DNA of 64,000 nt from a virus, in the UHGV virus genome UHGV-0145886; one strand, 5' to 3'. Below, in pieces: positions 1 through 9,686 of the stretch. Numbering within the stretch: position 1 is the first letter of the stretch; the number at the start of each line of letters is the position of its first letter. The notes under the pieces are model-generated. The model made no database searches. It saw only the letters and a program-made list of their open reading frames with translations, and had not been told where the DNA came from. The position numbers and the translations under genes are program-made.

Positions 1-486
1 CGTTGCGTGCCAAGTAGGTTCAATCTCTTTTCGCGTAAGAGTTTTGATTTTAGAACTACCCATCTTGTGTGCCCACGAGCCATCTTCCATTCGTCTTATA
101 AAGTGGAAGTCATCAGAAGAAGCTCGGAAAAGAACCAGATACTCGTCATCTGCTACCTCCGACGAATAATGAATTTCTCGTACATAGCCGAGCGTATTGA
201 CCATAAAATTAACCATAATACGCCCGCGCACAGTGCAGGCTTCTGCATACCGCTTACCAGAGGTTGAGTTAAAATCAGCAAAGTACTGAAAGTAACAGTT
301 GTCCAGTTCTGCTGACTCATATTCACCGTCATCGGCATAAGGAAAATACCAATCCCGAATCCCCAATGCAAAGCCGCCGCAATTATACTCGAAGTCATAA
401 ATTTCTAACAGGTTCTTTGCTTCTTTGTAAATCTGTTTTCCATTCGCAAGCTCATTAACATAGTCCAATCCTCTGGTCATAGACAT
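1..486 (-). CDS. Hypothetical protein with a possible papain-like Cys/His motif, truncated by the window edge
   Basis: Not in the ORF track. ATG at 486 after an AGGA-type RBS and a sigma-A promoter; open to position 1: MSMTRGLDY...YNCGGFALG...DDFHFIRRMEDGSWAHKMG. Confidence 0.7.
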   Translation of the reverse strand, partial: MSMTRGLDYVNELANGKQIYKEAKNLLEIYDFEYNCGGFALGIRDWYFPYADDGEYESAELDNCYFQYFADFNSTSGKRYAEACTVRGRIMVNFMVNTLGYVREIHYSSEVADDEYLVLFRASSDDFHFIRRMEDGSWAHKMGSSKIKTLTRKEIEPTWHAT

Positions 487-494
487 ATCCTTTC

Positions 495-545
495 CTTCCT
501 TTCATTTTCTATAAATATTATATCAAAGGAAGGGAAAAAATTCAA
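495..545 (-). promoter_or_regulatory. Sigma-A-type early promoter (example of a recurrent class)
   Basis: TTGAAT-17 nt-TATAAT with extended TG, followed by ATTTATAGAAA. Confidence 0.75.
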
Positions 546-988
546 ATTTTTCCTATCTCACGAACCTCTACTATTGGTTCATTAAAGTAGGTCAGTTTAA
601 TTGCATAAGCGTTAATATAAACTTTTTGTCCTTTTGAGAAGAATTTTACTTTTGTCCATTTTTCTTTCGGTACAATCGCACGCAAGTATCGAGATTCATC
701 ATTAAGGTCTTGAAGTATGATTGTATGGGTGTCCTCATCTATATAAGCAAGTTTGCCATTTACAACTGCGTCTACAAACAGGTACTTACAATGCGGCGAC
801 CCGTCCAGTATAAACAGATCCACATAGCTGTTTACATTGTATGTATTCGGTTTATTCTCTTTAATATGTTCTGACTCTTGCGCGCCTTGTAAGTTAGAAT
901 CTAAGACTAACGAAAAGATTATAACCACAAGAAGTCCAAAGAGACAAAACAATAACGCTCTCTTAACTCTTTTCACTACTACCTCCAA
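542..988 (-). CDS. Hypothetical membrane-anchored protein
   Basis: N-terminal hydrophobic helix followed by a beta-rich domain. Confidence 0.6.
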   Translation of the reverse strand: MEVVVKRVKRALLFCLFGLLVVIIFSLVLDSNLQGAQESEHIKENKPNTYNVNSYVDLFILDGSPHCKYLFVDAVVNGKLAYIDEDTHTIILQDLNDESRYLRAIVPKEKWTKVKFFSKGQKVYINAYAIKLTYFNEPIVEVREIGKI

Positions 989-1004
989 CTAAAAAAAGAG
1001 AGGC

Positions 1005-1331
1005 TTAATAAGCCTCCCTCACTCCCTTTACTCCTGTATTGATGAAATTCCAAAGCTCTTCTGCACTATTCAAATATTGAATGCGTCCGTTCCAACTTAA
1101 AGGTTTTCGATTCTTACCAAAACCGTTCTCCCACATCCACCAAAGAATGACATTGGCTTCGTTTGAAGTCGGTGCAGCGGCAAGAACGACCTCTATCAGC
1201 TTGTTTTCCATCTTCTCCACAATTGAGTTGTCTGTAAATTCAATGCCAAGTGTTGCTAATGATTCCCTCTTATCCTCACATTCCTCAATCATTTCAAGGC
1301 AATCATTAAACATATCAAATCCCATAAGCAT
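1005..1331 (-). CDS. Hypothetical phage protein
   Basis: RBS and promoter upstream; WWMWENGFG...SAEELWNFI motif typical of small phage proteins. Confidence 0.65.
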   Translation of the reverse strand: MLMGFDMFNDCLEMIEECEDKRESLATLGIEFTDNSIVEKMENKLIEVVLAAAPTSNEANVILWWMWENGFGKNRKPLSWNGRIQYLNSAEELWNFINTGVKGVREAY

Positions 1332-1394
1332 TCCCTTTTACCTCCCTTTCTCTCCTATATTTCACTTATATTATATCAAAAATGTTTAAAAAAG

Positions 1395-2054
1395 TCAAAG
1401 TTTGTCGATCCCTACGACTTTCCCCTCAAACTTTTCCAAAGAACTAAGCGACCCACTTAGTTGTACTGCGGAAGGCAGACGATTAGTATCAACAATAAAC
1501 TCAATAATATCTCGATTATAGATTGTATATTGATTTGTTGCATTTGTGTCTTTGTCCGCTTTTTGGTCGGCAAGTATTCCAAGGAAGCTTGTACCGTCCG
1601 AGAGATGAATACGATACTTAGCACCAATTTCACTTCCATAATACGAGCCAAGCGCTATACAAAAGTAATTACCAACTCTGCGGCAGCCATTAACATCTGT
1701 ATAAGCTTGTTTCTGCAATTCAAGTTGTGCGCCGCGGGTTATCATTCGATAATCCATATACGACTTAAAATTAGAAATCTCTGACGGCACATGCATTGAC
1801 GCTTTCGATTTTCTTATAGTCGCGCGCGTTGTAGTTTCGATTGCTTTCGTTGTGGTTATAATTTCGGTTTCAGTTTCAGTTTCAATTATAACCGTCTCTT
1901 CCTCGGTTGTGGTTTCGCAGATAGTAGATGTTGCAGTTGTATTAAGCGTTCCATCCGCTGATTTCTCCGCGGGTATCGTTCTCACAGTTGCGGCGGACAA
2001 TAGCCCGCAGATTAGTAAGAACGCACCGAGATAGAGAAAGTTTTTTAGTTTCAT
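1395..2054 (-). CDS. Membrane-anchored/secreted protein with Thr/Glu-rich linker and putative 3D/RlpA-like cell-wall domain
   Basis: Signal/TM helix, T/E-rich linker, FKSYMDYRMIT...IALGSYYG...ILADQKAD; GGAGG RBS before ATG 2054. Confidence 0.6.
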   Translation of the reverse strand: MKLKNFLYLGAFLLICGLLSAATVRTIPAEKSADGTLNTTATSTICETTTEEETVIIETETETEIITTTKAIETTTRATIRKSKASMHVPSEISNFKSYMDYRMITRGAQLELQKQAYTDVNGCRRVGNYFCIALGSYYGSEIGAKYRIHLSDGTSFLGILADQKADKDTNATNQYTIYNRDIIEFIVDTNRLPSAVQLSGSLSSLEKFEGKVVGIDKL

Positions 2055-2093
2055 AGTAACCTCCAATTAGTTGACTTTTATTTCTCCCAATTC

Positions 2094-3824
2094 TCAGTCA
2101 AATATTCTATAATTTGTTAAAAGATTCTTTAAATTTTTAAATTGAAAACCCGTTGAGAAACTTATTGTGTTTAAAAGATTATCAATTTTAGTAGATTGCT
2201 CATCTGTTGGAACATAAGGTGGATTTGTATCTTCTTTTGGCTTCCAATATTGTTTCCAAGGAGGATTCATCATGTTGTCTGTAGGATAAAAATAATCATA
2301 GGTATAAGGTGCTGTTGGCCATGATATGTTCAACGGCGTCTTTGTTATACCATTGTTTTGGCTAATTAATTGTAAAATATGAGAAGCAGGTATTAAATAT
2401 TCACCAGCAATAGAATAAAACAAAACTGTGTCATTTAAGTTGGCTTGTACCGCAAAATTATACATCTCAGCGTAATAAGTTTCAAAAATTTCTTTGACTT
2501 TTTTTTCAAAGGCTGAAGCATTTGTTAAAGTTCGATAGTCTGCCGAAAAGGCGTAGTTGACTATAAAGGACTCCAATGTAGATATGGTTGCATCATCTGG
2601 CTTATTTGCTATTGCACTTGTCGTTTGTAATGCATTTAAAAACTTCTTTGGGGTATTGGTTGTATGCATAATCCCTCGACGAGCTGATTCGAAGATGTCT
2701 AAATTATAGTTCTTAACCTGTATACCAATATCTTTTAATATTGTTACATCTACTTTACTTTGTTGTCTTTGTCCGATGGTCTCAGATATTTTTGAAATAG
2801 CATTTGGAGTTAATCCACCCGCTCTTCGAAGTATATAGTTGTTGATTAGCGCCGTTTGAAATTCACCCAATGCACCAATTAAATAGTTTAAAACGCCACC
2901 TTTCATAAAGAACGCCGCTTGAGAAAACTTTGCTTCTATATTGGTTCGCCAAGTCAACTCAAAAGCTGACTGCAAAGCAACACTTCCACTATGAATGTTC
3001 ATTCCATTAGAGCTTAAAAAGAACTGTTTTATTTCTTTTAAGGCGGAATTAATATCATCAACATTTATAGTGCTACCTGCAGACCCATTTGTAATGCTTG
3101 AAATATCTTCCTCGGTATATTTAAAAGGCGAATTTGGTCCGCCTACCAAAGTGTAGCCACTTTTTAGAGAGCTTTTGGCACTATCAACATCGCCCTCTAT
3201 TGTTATATAATCTTCAATTCTGCGGTCGATATTGTTTAAAAATTCTTTTACCCCGCCTTTATAAGAGGATTTGGGGTCAAAATGTGTGTTGAAAATAAGA
3301 TTTAAAGACTGTTTTATTTTTCCTATACTGTCATCATCAACGCCAATATCAAGCTTAATTTTTCTATGTTTTGGGCTAATAGTTATTCCCTCACCCAAGT
3401 CTTGTAAGCCTTTAAAATCAATTCCTGTTCCGCTGGGGTTTTTTATTTTTACCGTCAACTGAAAGTTGCTCGCAGCCACATAAGATGTCCCAAAATATGC
3501 TTTTAATTTCGCCCGAGCGTTTTCAGACCCAAAGTTCCGTAGAATTTCTTTATCTTGTCCGTATCCTTTCTCGGAAAAAAGATTGCGAAGATTCTCAATA
3601 AATTTTTCGAAGGTTGTACACCCATTAAAATATTGTTGATATATACCTTCTTCTCGTTCTTTCATGTTTGCAATCTGACTTTTTAAGGTGCTGTCGGTCT
3701 TTGCTTGTAAAGCACTGCCTTCGCTCATAAGTCCTGCTAAATTTTTATCTTCACCAAGCTTATGATACCAAGCCTTTGGTTTTGTATGCAAAAAAACCGA
3801 ACGAGCGGCATAATTTTCTCCCAA
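2094..3824 (-). CDS. Large hypothetical protein with a possible PD-(D/E)XK-like motif
   Basis: Long ORF; likely TTG start after GGAGGGAGG; GALGEFQ...KVDVTI...GIQVKNY. Confidence 0.6.
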   Translation of the reverse strand: MGENYAARSVFLHTKPKAWYHKLGEDKNLAGLMSEGSALQAKTDSTLKSQIANMKEREEGIYQQYFNGCTTFEKFIENLRNLFSEKGYGQDKEILRNFGSENARAKLKAYFGTSYVAASNFQLTVKIKNPSGTGIDFKGLQDLGEGITISPKHRKIKLDIGVDDDSIGKIKQSLNLIFNTHFDPKSSYKGGVKEFLNNIDRRIEDYITIEGDVDSAKSSLKSGYTLVGGPNSPFKYTEEDISSITNGSAGSTINVDDINSALKEIKQFFLSSNGMNIHSGSVALQSAFELTWRTNIEAKFSQAAFFMKGGVLNYLIGALGEFQTALINNYILRRAGGLTPNAISKISETIGQRQQSKVDVTILKDIGIQVKNYNLDIFESARRGIMHTTNTPKKFLNALQTTSAIANKPDDATISTLESFIVNYAFSADYRTLTNASAFEKKVKEIFETYYAEMYNFAVQANLNDTVLFYSIAGEYLIPASHILQLISQNNGITKTPLNISWPTAPYTYDYFYPTDNMMNPPWKQYWKPKEDTNPPYVPTDEQSTKIDNLLNTISFSTGFQFKNLKNLLTNYRIFD

Positions 3825-3915
3825 TAACCTCCCTCCAAAAATACAAAGAGGGGAGAAAACTTTTCTTTTTTCTCCCCTCCCTTTATATATAAAAGTAGGC
3901 AAAGCCCACTAAAAC

Positions 3916-4758
3916 TCAATCATCAAGCTTGTTTGCTAAGTTTGCAATAGCTCCTCTTTCCGTTTTATCTAAATAGACCATTCCAAAAAGAGGGTCATCT
4001 TTCAACCTATCAATCATCTTAATAATTCCGTTATCTCTATCATAGACTTTATTATCCGTCTGATGTGTATCCGCATTTATCCAAAGCTCTGACCCCTCAC
4101 CTACACGAGAAATCAATAGCTTCGCAATCTCCGTTGTAATATTCTGCCCCTCACAGACATATACAATCGAGTTCTCAAAACTGCGGCCGCGTATAAAAGG
4201 TAGGGGTACGAGCTCAAGCTCACCCTGCGCAATTAGATACTCGACTCCTTCCGCGCCGCCCAGCTTGTCATAAAATGGCCCCAATGTCCAGCTTAACTTC
4301 TCATAAGCATCGCCTTTTAGATATCCAATATCAGGAACATCTTTTATTGACACATTCGGTCGAATAAATACAAGCTTTTGGAATTTACCAAGCTCGATAT
4401 CGTGTAGGGCTTGGGAAAGCATTAGAATATCTTTGCCCGAACCATATACGCCTCGAAGAAGTTTAACTCCAACCGCTTCATCCTGCAATAGTGCCAACGC
4501 TAATTTTTGTTTAATGTTGCGCGGCTTCAAAGTTCCAATCGAGCGGGAGGACACTATTGGATATCGAACAGGCGCAGGACCATCTGGTGAATTTTTATAC
4601 ACATCAAAAGTTACTCCGTGTAAATCTTGCAAAAGTAAGAACTCATTTGGATTTAAATTTACAAGGTCATTACAATACGCGACAGGATCTGCATAGAACT
4701 GCGCTACATTTTTTTCATCCATTATAAGCTCTCTATAACCTTTATACAGATTATCCAT
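3916..4758 (-). CDS. phoH: PhoH-family ATPase
   Basis: Walker A GVYGSGKD, DIGYLKG, FIRGRSF, EGQN, RVGEGS, Q.D motifs. Confidence 0.9.
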   Translation of the reverse strand: MDNLYKGYRELIMDEKNVAQFYADPVAYCNDLVNLNPNEFLLLQDLHGVTFDVYKNSPDGPAPVRYPIVSSRSIGTLKPRNIKQKLALALLQDEAVGVKLLRGVYGSGKDILMLSQALHDIELGKFQKLVFIRPNVSIKDVPDIGYLKGDAYEKLSWTLGPFYDKLGGAEGVEYLIAQGELELVPLPFIRGRSFENSIVYVCEGQNITTEIAKLLISRVGEGSELWINADTHQTDNKVYDRDNGIIKMIDRLKDDPLFGMVYLDKTERGAIANLANKLDD

Positions 4759-4769
4759 TTATTATCTCC

Positions 4770-5393
4770 TTATAGTAGGGTTTTTATATCATTTACTACC
4801 TCGTGACAAACTCCTTTTTCTAAGGCTTCGTTTGCACGAACATACCACTCACCTGCAATATTATCTGCCAGCTCTTCATCGGTATAATTTGTACTTTCTT
4901 TCATTATGCTACTTAGTTCCTCAACCTGCTCTTGGTAGTATTGAATTTGAGAAAGTATCTCCAAGTAAGAACCGTTAAACGCGCCGCTGCCTTGATGGAA
5001 GAGGAAATATGCATGAGGAAGCATAAAGCGTTTATGACAAGCAAGATAGATATATGCCGCCGCACTGCAACAACTTCCCATATTGATGCCATAAATGGGA
5101 GTCTCACTCATCCGAATAGTGTCAATAATTGTGTAATTGACGTCGAGGTCGCCACCGGGACTAAAGAAGAAGAATTTTATGGGCTTACGCTTCTCAGGAG
5201 ACAAGCGTAAAATTCTATCTTCTCGATTCCACTGGATTATAAGACGGCATATCTCAAGACTTTGACTGTTTATTTCTTCATCTATCCAAAAGCACCTTTC
5301 TCCTTTTTCCTTGTAGAAACTTAGAAGACTGGGTTCGGGTAGCTGGAGATTTTCAACTTCGGTAGGAATTTGAACAATTACAGGGTCAGTCAT
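4770..5393 (-). CDS. clpP: ClpP-like ATP-dependent protease proteolytic subunit
   Basis: FFSPGGD, CCSAAAYI (Ser), LFHQGS (His), EALEKGVCHEV. Confidence 0.85.
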   Translation of the reverse strand: MTDPVIVQIPTEVENLQLPEPSLLSFYKEKGERCFWIDEEINSQSLEICRLIIQWNREDRILRLSPEKRKPIKFFFFSPGGDLDVNYTIIDTIRMSETPIYGINMGSCCSAAAYIYLACHKRFMLPHAYFLFHQGSGAFNGSYLEILSQIQYYQEQVEELSSIMKESTNYTDEELADNIAGEWYVRANEALEKGVCHEVVNDIKTLL

Positions 5394-5455
5394 AGGTTTT
5401 CTCCTTTTTTATTATGTTAAGAATATTATAACAAAATTTTGGGGAGTTTTCAAGT

Positions 5456-5836
5456 TTAGACAATTTCTTCATTAATTGTAACAATACAATTATTTATATC
5501 CTTGGTAGTAGTAACCCATGCGAAATAAGCCATATCTTTTGTGTTGTTCGTTTTATTAAGAGTAAATTCAAGCTTACCATTGGCTATATCATCTATAGCA
5601 TTATTAGTAAAAGCAGTTCCTTCGACTGTTAAATGATGAAAACTTAAATATCCAGTTAAACATTCTGTTCTGTCAGATTTAAAGCACTTAATCGCATTGT
5701 AACTTACCTCTGAGGTACCTGTAAAACGCATTCTCACCCTATCGCCAGCTTTACAAGGTATGAGTCCGGTTATATTGGTACCAATATTATCTACTGGATT
5801 GCCTGATGATGAATTATATCTTTTATTAGGATACAT
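5456..5836 (-). CDS. C-terminal portion of the upstream tail-associated phosphatase protein, in frame after TAG
   Basis: ATG directly follows the TAG of 5837..7459 in the same frame; no clear RBS; sequence continues a YxxQL..S...RY.SSSG...TG.IP.K.GD.VR-type module. Confidence 0.6.
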   Translation of the reverse strand: MYPNKRYNSSSGNPVDNIGTNITGLIPCKAGDRVRMRFTGTSEVSYNAIKCFKSDRTECLTGYLSFHHLTVEGTAFTNNAIDDIANGKLEFTLNKTNNTKDMAYFAWVTTTKDINNCIVTINEEIV

Positions 5837-7459
5837 CTATTGTTTACCAATCTTAGTTCCTGTCATATTTATAGAGTTTGTGAGCTGATCGACATAAGCA
5901 GGAGCTTGTGTAATTGCAGTTGCTGTTATTACAATATCTCCTGTTACTTCTGGGATAGAAACAATCCCGTCTTTATAAAATGTGGACACATCCACACCCC
6001 CCATTGTTATATTTACACTATTAATGCTATATCCTTTATTAGCAATTAGACTTGTTACATAAGACTGCCCATCGATTACATATATACGAGTATTACTGCT
6101 TGCGCATTGTGTAAGATTTTTTGTTATTGACCGTCTTAATATGGTCATATTACCATCAAATACTGCTCCGGTAATATCCATTCCACCCATTGTTACTTTA
6201 ATGTTTTCGATTATCTTCCCATCTGCCGGCAGTATCTTCGCTATATAGGGTTGATATTGTTTCACGGATGCCGCATCATTGTCAGTTGTTATATCAGTTA
6301 GTGTCTTCGTTACTGTATAGGTATTAATATCTGCTGTTAGGATATCCGGTGTGCCATTAATCATCGCTGTTCTAAAAGCATTAATTTTCTCAATTGTAAT
6401 ACCGCATGACACCATATAATTAACTGCTTTGTCTCTAAAAGTAGCTCCTGAATAAGAGTTAATAATATTTATCTCTCTCGTCCATATAATCTCATTTCTT
6501 CGACGGGCTTGATCGTCATTTTCCACGCCGGAATAAAAGCAAGTTAGCTCATATTCTTTATCCATATCTGACTGCGACATACCGAGTATCGCTTCACAAA
6601 GAAAGGCTACAACTCCCGTTCTATCGGCTCCAGCAGAGCAGTGGAAATATGTGGGATGTCCTGCGATTACATAATCAAATAATGGGTCAAAAAGTTTTTT
6701 AATGTTACCACTTGACTTTTGGTAGTTTAAATCATTCCAAGTAAAATCAACATGAAGCATATCTACAGAGTTGCCAAAACCACTTTCGGTTCTACCATTT
6801 AAATCTGAGTCAAATCTCAAATCTATCTCTTTTTCAATCCCAAGCATATCAAGGGCTTGTGTAGTTCCATCTTCGGTTAAAAATCCATAAACCTCTCCAC
6901 CACGAAAAAGCTTACCATATTTTATTGTACCACCATCACAAGACCATCCGCCAATATCACGTACATTATCAACATTTGTCATATAAATCATACGACAGGT
7001 TCCTGTCGGCTTAATGGTGCCTTGTTGAATTATTTTGTTATTAGAGTCAATTACAAAAAAGGTAGAAATTATATTCGGGGTCAAATTGTAAATTTTAATT
7101 GCTCCGGCTTGAACGGCTTTTGTAATGGTATTATTTGTATTACTATCAGTTATAACTAAGGTGCCTGCCTTTTTTATTTGAATAGAAACACCTTCGGGTC
7201 GATTAGAGGAAGTAGTAGTAACATAATTAGGTATTAACGATGTTGTGTAATCGGTTGGATTATAAGTAACTTCACTTAAAAACTTACTAACTTCTGCACG
7301 CTCTTGGCTAAATGTGTAAGTCTCTGTTTCTCCTGAGAGAGCTTTTATTGCTGCCCCCATCTCTCCAATCGTATATTTCGTTGTGCCTCCGTTCTTTTCT
7401 CGAATTGCCTTCGCAATATCCTGTACGGAGGCCTCTTCATATAATTTTTTCGCCATCAA
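5837..7459 (-). CDS. Tail-fibre-type protein carrying a protein-tyrosine/lipid phosphatase (Y_phosphatase3-like) domain and two Ig-like/beta repeats
   Basis: N-terminal IAKAIREKNG...MGAAI anchor; NVRDIGGW, IDLR, catalytic HCSAGADRTG. Confidence 0.8.
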   Translation of the reverse strand: MMAKKLYEEASVQDIAKAIREKNGGTTKYTIGEMGAAIKALSGETETYTFSQERAEVSKFLSEVTYNPTDYTTSLIPNYVTTTSSNRPEGVSIQIKKAGTLVITDSNTNNTITKAVQAGAIKIYNLTPNIISTFFVIDSNNKIIQQGTIKPTGTCRMIYMTNVDNVRDIGGWSCDGGTIKYGKLFRGGEVYGFLTEDGTTQALDMLGIEKEIDLRFDSDLNGRTESGFGNSVDMLHVDFTWNDLNYQKSSGNIKKLFDPLFDYVIAGHPTYFHCSAGADRTGVVAFLCEAILGMSQSDMDKEYELTCFYSGVENDDQARRRNEIIWTREINIINSYSGATFRDKAVNYMVSCGITIEKINAFRTAMINGTPDILTADINTYTVTKTLTDITTDNDAASVKQYQPYIAKILPADGKIIENIKVTMGGMDITGAVFDGNMTILRRSITKNLTQCASSNTRIYVIDGQSYVTSLIANKGYSINSVNITMGGVDVSTFYKDGIVSIPEVTGDIVITATAITQAPAYVDQLTNSINMTGTKIGKQ

Positions 7460-7863
7460 TAAACCTCCTTGGTACCGTCTGGCATCACCGCAAGAACGGC
7501 TTGTATAATTTCTTGTTTATCTTCCTCTGTCCAATAGTCAACGCCTTTGACAGGTGTATCACCTTTTTCACCACGCGATGGTTTTCCCGTGTCTATGTCA
7601 CCAATGTACCAGTTGCCATTCGCGCCAATATGCGGAGTAATACCGCCTGTACCAGTTCCGCCACCGCCGGTTCCATTCGCAAAGAGGTAGTCGAGTGCTT
7701 GTTCAACGGTTACATAGGTGTTATTGTAAAGAACTTTACTTGCGACTTGCCCGCCAATCGCATTTACGGGAAGCCATTTTCCATCTTTTGTTTTTATTTG
7801 TAATATTGGAATATGTCCAGTTGGCATTTTATCACCTCTTTTATAGGATTCGGGTTGAGCCAC
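7456..7863 (-). CDS. Tail fibre/collagen-like structural protein
   Basis: TPHIGANGNWYIGDIDTGKPSRGEKGDTPVKGVDYWT motif. Confidence 0.75.
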   Translation of the reverse strand: MAQPESYKRGDKMPTGHIPILQIKTKDGKWLPVNAIGGQVASKVLYNNTYVTVEQALDYLFANGTGGGGTGTGGITPHIGANGNWYIGDIDTGKPSRGEKGDTPVKGVDYWTEEDKQEIIQAVLAVMPDGTKEVY

Positions 7864-8608
7864 GATAGACTTGAGCTTTTTTGGCGCCTACATAAATCTC
7901 AGAAATGGGAGCGGCACCAGCATATAGGGCAATCGGCGCAAAAAGAGCCGAATAGGTTTTAATATCATTATGGACGCTGAGTTCTGACTCTTTCAAAACT
8001 ACATCACGCGCGGGTGTTGTGATACCATCGGTCCAACAAAGAAAACGACAGTTGGGTTTAGGAGCAGCAGTTATCGTTTGGGTTTTTGTTTGGTTTTTTT
8101 CGGTAATTTCAAAGTTACCCGTACCTGTTACTTCCCCCCACTCAGAGTTATTTGAGAGTCCCTGTATGGTATATATGGGGTTTTCATAGTTGATAGTGAG
8201 TCCTGTGTTAGAATAGGTATATTTTTTACTCACTGTAGTACCATTTTGCCCAAATATCCAAGAAGGGGTTCCTATTGAATAATTTCCACTACCAGATAGA
8301 ACAATTACAGTAGAAATATTAGTGGTATCTGGATTTATAGTTATTGAATGTGGTGTAGGATCTCCCGTAAGAGGTATACCGTTGGAGTCTGTATAAATAG
8401 TTAAATTGCCTATTTTCATTGATATTGGCAATTTACCCAAGCCGCCGCTCTTCTTTATTGTACAGGTCATCGTACCACTGGTCCACTGTATATAACGTGG
8501 AAGTTTAGCATTAGCCAGATCTGTAGCAGTGTTGTTATATGACAGTGTTACTTCATCTACGCTCGAACCTGTTGTACCATCCGGGATCTTAAACTCAAGT
8601 GTTGGCAT
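7841..8608 (-). CDS. Tail-associated protein with InlB B-repeat-like segment
   Basis: GEVTGTG...TITAAPKPNCRFLCWTDG...YSALFAP. Confidence 0.6.
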   Translation of the reverse strand: MPTLEFKIPDGTTGSSVDEVTLSYNNTATDLANAKLPRYIQWTSGTMTCTIKKSGGLGKLPISMKIGNLTIYTDSNGIPLTGDPTPHSITINPDTTNISTVIVLSGSGNYSIGTPSWIFGQNGTTVSKKYTYSNTGLTINYENPIYTIQGLSNNSEWGEVTGTGNFEITEKNQTKTQTITAAPKPNCRFLCWTDGITTPARDVVLKESELSVHNDIKTYSALFAPIALYAGAAPISEIYVGAKKAQVYRGSTRIL

Positions 8609-9686
8609 TATTATCCACCACCAAACTTATCATAGTGTCCGGCGTCCCCTCAGGTGGCGCGGCATTTAAAACTTGGAAAGTACATCCGCCACTAAAAGCA
8701 GTCTTTATTTTCCCGACCATATCCAAATCTGCGGGCTTTGGTAGCGCCTTATCACAACTCCAACTTAAAACCCCTGCTTCGCTAACCGATGGCGTAAACG
8801 TAGCTCCGCGCAAATTCTTAAAAGCAAACATAAACTTCTTTGCTGTGTCTGGACCAGATGCCGTAACAGAAACCGCAGGGGTACCAACATTATCATCTAT
8901 GGCTGCAGTCGGTGCTGTAAATCCTGCGGCGGGTCCTGTATCGCCTTTTTCACCCTTATCGCCGGTCTTGGAAACAAAGGGAAAAGCATAAACAGTTCCA
9001 CCATTTGGACCATCTACTGTTACTTCTACTTTTGTCCAAAGATACTTGTCTTGTCCAACGACATCGGGTAAATCTGTAGAAAACTTATTATCTGCGGGCG
9101 CTTGTGTTGGACTGGTGTGAACAGCATATAACGCTCTTACATTCTTAATGCTCTTTCCGCGCAAATGCTCAAAAGCAAACTGGAAGCCTTTATCTGTATC
9201 GCCACCGACAGGAGTGACTGTAACTGTAGGACTTTCTGCCCAAGTGTCATTTGCAGGAATTGTGGCAGTACATTTGGCATTATCAAAACCTGCGGGTGTG
9301 CCTTGCTTGGCTACAACATAGAAGGTTTTGTTCTCCAAATTGTCAGTGGTCTTAATATCAATCTTTGTCCAAACAAAAGCATTGTCTACTATATTGCTTG
9401 GAGGAGTAGATTGCCAATTAGTAGGCATTACCCCCTGTTGGGTAGAAATACCATAGTGATATTCAAAACCTGTAATTCCATTACCTCTAAAGTCCATCTC
9501 TTGACCATTGGTCTGTATCCAAACATTATACTCCCCATCGGCTTCGGTCGGCGCGTTCTCTCCTACATAAACCCCCGAGATACCTTGTATACCTTGTATA
9601 CCCTGCTTGCCGGGGATTATAGTGGTTTCTGTATAAATTGGAGGCGCGACAGAAATATCAACATAATTAAGTCCCATCTTCATCAA
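8595..9686 (-). CDS. Tail fibre protein with collagen-like and internal repeats
   Basis: GKQGIQGIQG, KGEKGDTG; duplicated WTK...AGF....A...F.F..LRG unit; FTPSVSEAGVLSW. Confidence 0.75.
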   Translation of the reverse strand: MMKMGLNYVDISVAPPIYTETTIIPGKQGIQGIQGISGVYVGENAPTEADGEYNVWIQTNGQEMDFRGNGITGFEYHYGISTQQGVMPTNWQSTPPSNIVDNAFVWTKIDIKTTDNLENKTFYVVAKQGTPAGFDNAKCTATIPANDTWAESPTVTVTPVGGDTDKGFQFAFEHLRGKSIKNVRALYAVHTSPTQAPADNKFSTDLPDVVGQDKYLWTKVEVTVDGPNGGTVYAFPFVSKTGDKGEKGDTGPAAGFTAPTAAIDDNVGTPAVSVTASGPDTAKKFMFAFKNLRGATFTPSVSEAGVLSWSCDKALPKPADLDMVGKIKTAFSGGCTFQVLNAAPPEGTPDTMISLVVDNNANT

